Positions 54,778-64,000 of a stretch of DNA of 64,000 nucleotides are shown here, piece after piece. Numbering within the stretch: position 1 is the stretch's first letter; the number at the start of each line of letters is the position of its first letter. The stretch spans positions 3,100,001 through 3,164,000 of the forward strand of contig JAQFVV010000009.1 of the NCBI GenBank assembly GCA_028023455.1, read 5' to 3'. The stretch is from Epiperipatus broadwayi (Eukaryota > Animalia > Onychophora). A model generated the notes under the pieces. That model saw only the letters and a list, made by a program, of their open reading frames with translations, had not been told where the DNA came from and did no database searches. The translations under genes were made by a program, and so were the position numbers.

Positions 54778-55319
54778 ATAGCTATAAGTATCTTGGTCAG
54801 ATTATTACTGCAGATGGAAACATAATGGATGAAATTAATCATAGAATTAAACTTGAAGTGATTTTGGTAAAAGTAATTCCATATTAAAAATAAATATGCT
54901 TATATGTCTGAAAATGAAGATTTTTGGTAAATGAATCTGAGACTTGGACACTTAACAGAAGAGCAATACAGATATTTCAGACCACTCAACCAAGTATGTA
55001 AAAATGTGTTATGGGTAACAAGAAGAGGTCAAAAATGAAGTATATGATGAGAGAACAAACATATATTACTGACAGAAGAATTAAGAGATTAATGTGAAGT
55101 TAGATTGGGAATAGTTTAAAAATACTATAATAGATGGATAGTTGAAATTTTAAACTGGATCCTAAAGCCCTAGAAAGAGACCACATGTGAGATGAATAAA
55201 TGAAATGAAGTATGCTGGAGGATATAGAAAACAGAGGCTAGATAGTGGAGAAGATGGATTAAATTTAGAAAGATCTTAATTCTGCAACGAATCAAAAATT
55301 GTTGAAAATGATGATAATG
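54778..55319 (+). mobile_element. RTE LINE B, 3' part
   Basis: Resumes (N)SYKYLGQII..DGNIMDEINHRIKL and ends in a (GAT)n-like tail ATGATGATAATGA. Confidence 0.9.
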
Positions 55320-56560
55320 AATTCTTCATAGAACTCTTCCACCCATTTCATGATGTCATTTCTCTTTTTTGTAATAATTTCATTTTTTCTTCTTATTGCA
55401 AAAATAAATTTTCTTCCAATCCCAAAATATTGTTTTACACTTTTGAGACTTTTATTCTCTTCAGTAGCTTTCCTGACAATTCACAAGTATATTTTTTTAT
55501 ATCACTATTAACTCTTTTTTTTGCACTATTTTAGAAAACTCTAGATGTTCAATTCTTCTTAATGGATCATTTTAATATTTTTTCACATTCCTTCTTTTCT
55601 TTATACTTTGTCCTGTCTCAATAGAAAATTTATTGATAAATTGCTGTTTTATTGTATTGGCCTTTTTTTTTTGTAGTTCTTAATGCTGTATCAGTCATTT
55701 TTCTATTGATTACATTAAAATCTGAACTATCATTAAAATCTTTAATATTTCAAAATGATTTACAAGTTCTAATTTAAATTCATTGGAATGTTTCTAAAAA
55801 TTAGGAATATCAACTATGAATATTCTTTTTCTTAATAATTTTTGTCTCTCTAGTTTTGCATTAACACCTATCCTACATGTTATTAATCAATAATCATGCC
55901 CTGTGTTGAATTTATTAATAACATTACAATCTTGAAATACATATTTTCTGAAAGTCAAAATATAATACAATTTCAATGTATCTTCATTTGGATGCTATCA
56001 CGTTCATTTTTCTGAAAGAAAAAAAATCATAATATATAGTTTTTCTTTTTCACAATCTCCACAAGTCTGTATTCTCTCTTACCCATTTTAGCATTAAAAC
56101 CTCCCATAACAATTTTAAAATGTTGTTTGATCTAATAAAAAGCCTTTTTTACATCCATATAAAATCCTCTACTTCTTCATCGGTATGATAATTTGTTAGA
56201 GCATGAACTTGAATTATTTGCATTCGACATAGTTGAATAACTAATCATGCCACTCTATGTAATACACTATCAATCTCTGCAATGTTGTTCTTTCACTTGT
56301 TATTTATAGTGAATCCAATTCCATTTATGTTTTCAATATTTTTTCCTTTATGTCACTTCTAATTTTACAAAGTCCAACAATGTCCTGTTTAATATTAGAC
56401 AGTTTTTAATTCATGTAATCTTTTATTTGAAAGTGATCTTTAATTGTAAGTATCTAAATAAGGTCATCATCAAATGACAGCCCGAGTTCACAATCAGGGA
56501 TTCTTATCACTCTCTCCCTTTGGCCACCAACCACTGCCTTGATTGATGACTTCACAACCT
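55320..56560 (-). mobile_element. RTE LINE A, 5' part (endonuclease to linker)
   Basis: Minus strand matches the EN region of LINE B (47340-47900) and ends at ...MKWVEEFYEE, where the 47114 piece resumes. Confidence 0.85.
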
Positions 56561-57242
56561 TAAGGACTATTATTTAATTTTGTCTCACATAATTAAAAAT
56601 ATCTATTAAATAAAGTTAATTTTTACACACATTTATGTCTTCAAGAAAACTCAACTGCTATTTCAGTTAAGAACTATCAGTCAGCTGAGAAGAAAGACTA
56701 TGGTGTTTCTTGATCTTAAATTTTAGAGATAAAAATCCAATAGTCTCATCACATTGGCTGATGTTTGTTAAGAGAGCAGCACATCCATATTCATATATTA
56801 TATGAATAATCACATAGTAATAATAGCTGCAACAGCAAGAACATATAAAGTGGACATTAGCAATTTGCCCTGTTCAGTCTCTTCAAGGTCTCAAAAGAGA
56901 AATTAAAGGGTCTGCCATTGCAGCCATGCAGAAAGATTGTATATATATTTTTTTAAAAAACATCACAAAACAAAATAAATGCAGTGTAATATAAATGTTG
57001 ATGAGAAACAAAATTATATTAATAAGATTCCCATATTTAAATTTAACTATACATTCTTACTAAGTTAGTTAATTATTAACAAATTATTACAATTGTCCCT
57101 ATGTATATATGTATGTGAATGAATAATAACCTCCAGATTATGTAAAAGTTGATGCGTGTGCTACAAAATCATTGATTTTCTCCATTCTATAAGGTCTATT
57201 TATATCAATAATGAATAGATAATAAACAATTAAATGTAATCC

Positions 57243-57570
57243 CTGAAGGTTTGTGATGATGGTGTTTTAGTTGCATTATATATTGACTATTTCCACAATC
57301 TAATATGAGTATTGAACGTCTTTAAAAAATTTAACTTTATTTAAATTTTCCAAATACATTCAAGTTAGTATATGCACAACATTTTGAGAGGTATTATTAT
57401 ACTCTCTTCTTTGAGTGTTACTGGCTTGAACAATGATAGTACTACCACAGGAATTGAACCTAGACCCTTAAATTCTTGAGTACTGAATTTTTAAGGCAAT
57501 ATTATAACCAACAGCCTGCCTGCCAAAGATATTCAATACTCAGATAATGAAAGTAGTCCAATATATAAAT
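57243..57570 (-). mobile_element. T-HH copy with an inverted tail fragment at its 5' side
   Basis: Minus 57524-57243 has head, B-box, ACAC-TCAAAGA-A-GAGAG..CTCTC-AAAATGTT-GTGC and tail. 57525-57570 is a plus-oriented copy of the tail. Confidence 0.75.
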
Positions 57571-58599
57571 ACAATTAAACATGTAATTTATATAGATCTT
57601 TATTTCATTTTAATATTACAATGCTTGGAAAAAGATGTTTAAGCATCTTGAATATGATATATGGTGACTTGCTTTAATAATCTTTTTAACAAAGTGTCTT
57701 ATAAGTAAGTAAATGTCTGAATTTTACTTTTAAAATATTATTTTGAAATATTTCTGACATTAGAAACAATCAGTAAATATTTATTAAAACATCAAGATTG
57801 TCCTATGTTTTATTATTACAACATGAATAATAGTTATCTATGGCCTTTTTCTTCAGTAACATTATTAAATTTATATACTAACAGTTTACAATTACATACA
57901 CAAAAGAAATATACTGTTTGAGATAAGCCTCTTAGCTACAGATCATCTGTTGCAAAGCATTTTTTGAGGGTTACTAGGACCTATGATATTTCATTTATTA
58001 ACTACTTTATACTTTTATAGATTTAAATGATTATGGAATTATGACAGTTTTATTTTTGTTTTTGAAACAATATTACGTAGCTATACATAAAAAAATTGCA
58101 TTAGGCAATTTAATAATTATAAACATGTGTGTGTACATATATACAAAATAGTAATATGCTATATTGCACACAATAATATAGTATGTGTGCACAAATATAT
58201 ATAAAGTTGAAAGGAAAAGTAGAAATAAACACAAATTTTGTAGATATTTTCTACATTTCATTTGAAATACTAATGACTGTAAAGGGTTAAACAATTCTGA
58301 ATTTAAAATAGAATTTTATTATACATTAAAACATTTTAAAAAGTCTAAATAAATTATTATTATTTTGATTTTGAAATTTAAAAACAAACATGTTTCTAAT
58401 AATTGTAAAAATTTCTATTATGTATTTTTGAAATTTTTTAATTAATTCTCTATCTAAGTAAAACATGTAGATCACACCATTGGTAAGGTTTCACAGTTGC
58501 TTTTGAAAGGATTGGTGATCTTTTTAAAAAGGTAAGACAAAAAAACTTAATTAAATTTTTATCATGCTTAGTCCAAGTCTCTAAAAGGATTGGATAAAA

Positions 58600-58830
58600 A
58601 AGATATTTAGTCTGGCTAGTAAAATTTTTGAAAAGAGTCTGTTTTTCAGTCTGGTTAATAGTTTTTGTAAGAGCTTTCCAGAAGAGTCTGGTTTTAATAT
58701 TTTCCAGAAGCAGTGTCCAAATAGGCCAGCTGCAAAGTTTGACATAGTTTTTGTAAGAGCTGACAAGAAGGCTTGGCTAATAATATTTTTGAAAAGCAGT
58801 AAAGCTAGCTGCAAAGATGGTTAGCATTTT
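58600..58830. repeat. Degenerate minisatellite-like array
   Basis: Recurrent AGTCTGG(C/T)TA, ATAGTTTTTGTAAGAGCT, TTTTGAAAAG and AGCTGCAAAG units. Confidence 0.55.
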
Positions 58831-61800
58831 TATACAAAAAATTACCACAAGGATGTAAGAATGCAAGAAAGCAGATGCTCTACAATTAACTGGTAGAGTT
58901 TGAATTCACATGGATGAAAATGATCCACATCTTTGTGTTGAAATTCATAGCCTTAAATGTGGACAAAACAGTTTTCTGGCCTGAAGCTCATCAAATCATA
59001 GACACAAAGGAACTGAATAAATGTTAACATTTTACCTTCCTGATTATGACAATCCTGGACTGTGCCTGTCTCACCAAGACCAACTCACAAAAAGAAACAG
59101 ATAAATGTATTTACAGTGGTGAGCAACATTATATATAATGAGAATGAAATTGTAAATAATTTCTTTGGTAAAAATGACATTAAAAATCTATATTTTAAGA
59201 GATAAGTAAATAATTTTGCTTAAATTGAATTAAAATCTAAAAGTAATGATTGAGTCATGGACAATTTATTTTGAAAAAAGAAAAAGAGGACATCAAAAAT
59301 CTTTTTAGATTAATTTAAAGTTGTAATTAATTAATTGAGAGTAACCTGTTAAAAAATTGATTTCATTGTTTTTTTTAAAAAAGAAGGAGAAAGAAAATAC
59401 TTTTATTGTCTGAAAAAAGTCTAATTAATAATATTAATTCATATCATCTATATGTTTATAGATACACATGTATATGTGAATTTTATGTATAGTTTTCAAA
59501 TGGAATTTATTTTTAATAATTTTATTATTTTGATATATTCAAACATGTTCATTTTATACTAAGCTACATGTCTATGTGCTGTCTGGTTTTAAATAAACCT
59601 ATTGGAACATATGTAAATCAATGTAAAAACTTGAACTTTGTGAATCACATATATGAATCACAATATGATAATTTGTTATTATTGTACATTGATCAAAATC
59701 AGAAGGCTTAATTGATATGCATAGTCTTATTCTAGACCTTATTATCATTTTTTATTCTTTATTGTTAATAAACGTGCTATCATTATTCTCTTGGTCATCA
59801 TAACAGTACTTGAGCTTGTCTTTTTGGAGCTAGATTTATGTATAATGGCTGAATATATATATATGGGAATTATTTTGGTGCTTAAGGGACATCCAGTGAT
59901 GATCAATCATCATCTTCCTGATTGGCACATAGGATTATATTTTTTAAAGCCCCTGCAGTACATTTTTAGTTTAGTCTATTAGAAATTAAGTTTATAGTTG
60001 TCCAGTACATTAATGTTACTAGGTGGGCAGAGCATTGATGATAATCAGCATGTTTCAATATCCCAACATTATTTTTTGGGGGTTGTATTCTTATGGATTA
60101 GCATTTAAGTGTGTGCATCCAAACTATGGTTCGAATAATTGCCCAAGCTGGCAAATGTTCAATAATTAGCCTGGTCTACAGTAGACCTATTTTCAAACCA
60201 GTCACCAGATTGACTGTTGATTTATATTTTGTATTATTCAAATCCAGTCATACGATGGACTGTTGATGTATTTTGATTGATCATTCATGTTGATGAATGG
60301 TTTTTTTTTAGTAGTATTGGTATTTACTTTTACTTATGATAATATGGGTGGATTTATAATTAGACTTATATTATGCTTAACTGATAAACTGACTGTATTG
60401 ATCTCATGCTCTTGAATATATAAAATTGTTTATGCTTAAACATTAATCTTGTTTACTTGGGGTCATAATGATTTTTCATCACCCCAAATTTGCTATTACC
60501 CCCTGATTTCCCCATCCTGTTACAATATGTTAACTACACACAGAGACTCAATATGTCTAAATTTTTAAATCTATCACCTCATAATGCAATGAGTTTATGT
60601 TTGCTTCATTGTTAATATAACCGTAGGTGCACTTAAGTTATTAACTTCTCCTTGGCTAATAAATAAATAATCCAAATATTATTTTTTACATACTGCAAAT
60701 GTCTTTGTGTTACTGAATACAAATATATTGTTACATATAATTATGCACACATCTTATTTTTTATCATTGTTATAATCCATATAAATTATATTTAATATGC
60801 CTTCATGATTTATTTTATATTATTTGGACTCATCTTCTGCAATTGGGTAATAATAACTGATCTATTTATAATATATTCTTTCAATTTATTCTATTTTGTT
60901 TAATTTATTTTATCAAACAATAATAAAATGATTATACGCCTCTTTTTTTTGGTAATATAAACAAAAGTATAATAATAAATTTTATGACTCATATACATGC
61001 AATATTGATACATTGTGCTTAAGTAATATAAAAATTTAAAAAAATTATATTAAGTTAAGAACATGAAAACAAAATTAACAATATATGTGAATAATAAATA
61101 TTCCACCTCAGAATTATTCTAATGATGATATCACTTAGGATATTTTTAATTTTGTAGTCAATGCCAACTTATCATTATTCAAAAACTGATTTGGTAATTT
61201 AATAAATTGTGGTTGAAAGTTCCATTCCATGGCTTTGAATTTTCTTTAATTTGATAAAATATGTTTTTGGTTTGTTCTTTGCAACTATTTTACGCGAAAT
61301 ATTAAAATGAAATTTTACTTAATTTTAAATTCCTTTAGTTTGGCCATTTTCACTATTTTTAAATATATAGGTACAATATTTATCTTAACATTTAGTTCTG
61401 AGAAGCTGGATAATTTATTTTCAGATCAATTGATTTTCAGTTTATTTGTTGATTATGGAGGATTGAGATCTAATTTATGAAGAGAAATCTAAATTTAGCT
61501 AGTCATAAATTATCTTACCTTGTAATATTATTTATTTTAAAGTACAGCATTTAAAAAATAATTAGTATGAGACTTTCAATTCCAAGTAATTGACTCAATA
61601 AATCTAAGTTTCTTAATTAGAACCAGTTTTGATTCTTAATTATCTCTTAAGTTTTCTTTAACAAAATCCTTACTGATTCTTTAAATTATAAATATTATTC
61701 ATTTAAAATTAAATGTATTATAAAATTATTTAAATTATGTTGTTGCAATTTCATAAGAGTATTTCAATGATTTCCTCCTTTTAAAATTTGTGTTTAAAAT

Positions 61801-61972
61801 AAAAATGGTGATCAATCATGTAAAAAATGAATGATTTATTTTAATTTATCTTATATAAATCTTCATTTCATGAAAATAAGAATATAGTTCAATATTATTT
61901 TGTTATTCAGGACCTTTTTCTTGAGGACTATTAACAATAATGTTTGAAGTATGCATTAATCATATATATATA

Positions 61973-62767
61973 TTATATTCTCTTAGTGTATCTTTCATCT
62001 TAGCTCAATCTTATCACAACCATCCATCTTTCCAGAAATCAGAACAACCACCCACACTATAGATACATTAGGAATATATACTTTTTCAAGTAATTCATAT
62101 AGCACGTGCTACAAATTAACATCATATACACATTTAAAATACTTAAACTTAATTTCATATAATATTCCTTTAAATATATTTGAAACTTTTATTCCATCAC
62201 ACATAAATGATCAAAGATAAATGATCCCCAAGATGCACATTTCATACTGAAACAGTACTCATCAGTAGGACCAGATCATAATCTATTACATATCTCTTCA
62301 TCATTTGTTCACAGAGAGAGAACAAATTACTATAATTTAATTGACAGATTTCAAAATTTCTGCACTCACTACTTTTGATACAAACCATTTTATGGAAAAA
62401 TAATTTTTGCTAGTCAGTTATTAATCTAGATATTATCTCTATTATGCCTTGCTTAATGAATAATATATCTACACTGTTATAAAGGCATTAACACCTGGTA
62501 CTTTGCCATGATGACAGTTTTGGTAAATTTCACACCACTCTTGCCCAAGGCAGGGACTTGATTTTATCCCATTTTATTATCCTGTGAAGGGATGTACCTT
62601 CCTTTGAACTGTAATTATATTTTCAAATTATATTCTTATCTTAGTGCATCTTTCATTTTAGCTCAATCCTATCACAATCATCCATCAGCCCGGAATTCAG
62701 ACCAATCTCCCACACTTTAGGTACATTAGAAACGTACATTTTCAAATAATCCATAGCGCATGTTATA
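61973..62767 (-). mobile_element. Partial tandem (658-bp period) element carrying a hammerhead
   Basis: Diverged ~140-bp direct repeats at 61973-62111 and 62628-62767 (TTAGTG.ATCTTTCAT.TTAGCTCAATC.TATCACAA.CATCCATC...), with a hammerhead between them. Confidence 0.65.
62225..62271 (-). ncRNA. Minimal type I hammerhead ribozyme, near intact
   Basis: GUCCUA-CUGAUGA-GUACU-GUUUC-AGUAU-GAAAU-GUGC-AUC^UUGGGGA. Core complete, stem II 5 bp, stem I imperfect. Confidence 0.7.
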
Positions 62768-63514
62768 TTATGCTCAATTATAAAATACAAAACCACTGAC
62801 AACACCAGGCAGTATATTACTCTCATAGCTGTAATTTTTATAATTGTGCATGAATTTAAAAAAAAAAAAATTCTGTATAATATAATTCAGAAATTAAAAA
62901 TAAAATCAATTAATTGTACTTTTTTATAATTGCAGAAGAATTTACAAAATAATATACATCAAAATGACATTATTTATTAGAAAAAAAAGAAAAATACTTA
63001 CAAATAGCATCCACTGCAAAAAAAGCTCTCTCCGATTTTTAAATCTCGAGGGTCAAAAAAATCCAAAAATTGAATTAATCATGTCAGTGTCTTGGTTGAC
63101 ATGACAACATTGTCATGTTATCATCGAAGATGTTTGCCAGAAGGAAAATTGGTAAGTATAAAACGTCTCATCGGTTGAATAATACTAAAGTACCATTTTG
63201 GTTTTAGAAATACTTAACCTTAACTTCATATAATATGTATTTAAATATATTTCAGTATATTTACATATAATATCAATTAAATAAATAAAAGCATTTATTT
63301 GCCAAATTTTCTTCACATATCAGTATTTTATTCATTATAAATTAATGATTATTCTTGATAATCACTAATATAATGTATTTAATAAACATAAAATTCATTC
63401 ATAAATTAATAAATTGTCAATGAGTACTGTGTGGATTTAATACATATGTGTGTATGTAAATAGTCAAAATAAGAGTCATAGATCACATGACTCTATTCTC
63501 TTAAGCTTGTAAGT

Positions 63515-63802
63515 TATAAACAATGAGGATTGCCAATTCCTCAACAAGCTTTGTGATAAATGCTAAGCTAGAGAAAGCATTTAAAATATCTCTGTCAGGA
63601 CCCCCCCCCCCAAACCTCTGACCCTAGTTTCATGCTTTGTCACTTCTGAGAGAGGTGGTAGGGTAGGTTGAGAAGTGCCAAAGCATGAAACTAGGGTCAG
63701 AAGTTTGGGGAGGGGGTCCTGACAGAGATATTTTAAATGCTTTCTCTAGCTTAGCATTTATCACAAAGCTTGTTGAGGAATTGGCAATCCTCATTGTTTA
63801 TA
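63515..63802. mobile_element. Inverted-repeat insertion H3 with hammerhead-like inner ends
   Basis: Near-perfect arms 63515-63647 and 63671-63802 with a 23-bp spacer. Confidence 0.9.
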
Positions 63803-64000
63803 TGTGTGTGTGTGCTTGTATAATTACACATTACTTATGTAAACAAAAATTAATAGTTTCATGCTTGTCAAGCTAAATCATTGCCTTTGAATAATTAATC
63901 TTAAAATTATTAATTATTTTTATATGATTTTTATGGTATTCAATGTTGTCTTGTTCATCTCTGATTTATGTATACAATGGGCAACATATATCAATATTGA

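Noticed and set aside
63010-63160. CpG-containing segment ending in G|GTAAGT
   Set aside because: No open frame or acceptor support; possibly a TE fragment or non-coding exon, but unsupported.

Overview
AT-rich (roughly three-quarters A+T by eye) metazoan genomic DNA, most likely an arthropod and possibly a chelicerate (inferred from the Yorkie sequence and the TE content). The only host gene I can support is the first coding exon of a yorkie/YAP1 homologue (21577-22010, minus strand). It encodes the TEAD-binding domain, four HxRxxS LATS/Warts sites and the start of WW1, followed by a GT donor. No next exon was found, so bases 1-21576 appear to be part of a >21 kb intron. The rest is mostly decayed mobile DNA: hAT and Sola2-like DNA transposons, foldback/MITE palindromes, an old Ty3/gypsy element, RTE-type LINEs and a tRNA-Gly retrocopy with a 17-bp TSD. 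There is a three-level nest: an RTE LINE, split by a second RTE LINE, split by a gag-only LTR element with ~2-kb LTRs. The most striking pattern is a set of Penelope-like element (PLE) parts. It includes a decayed autonomous PLE (RT plus GIY-YIG), minimal type I hammerhead ribozyme motifs (one apparently intact at 43679-43720) inside head-to-head inverted-repeat insertions, and a repeat family in which a tRNA-like Pol III promoter lies just upstream of a hammerhead. One copy of that family starts 31 nt after the stop of a PLE endonuclease fragment. All calls are by-eye reading, without database searches or folding software.
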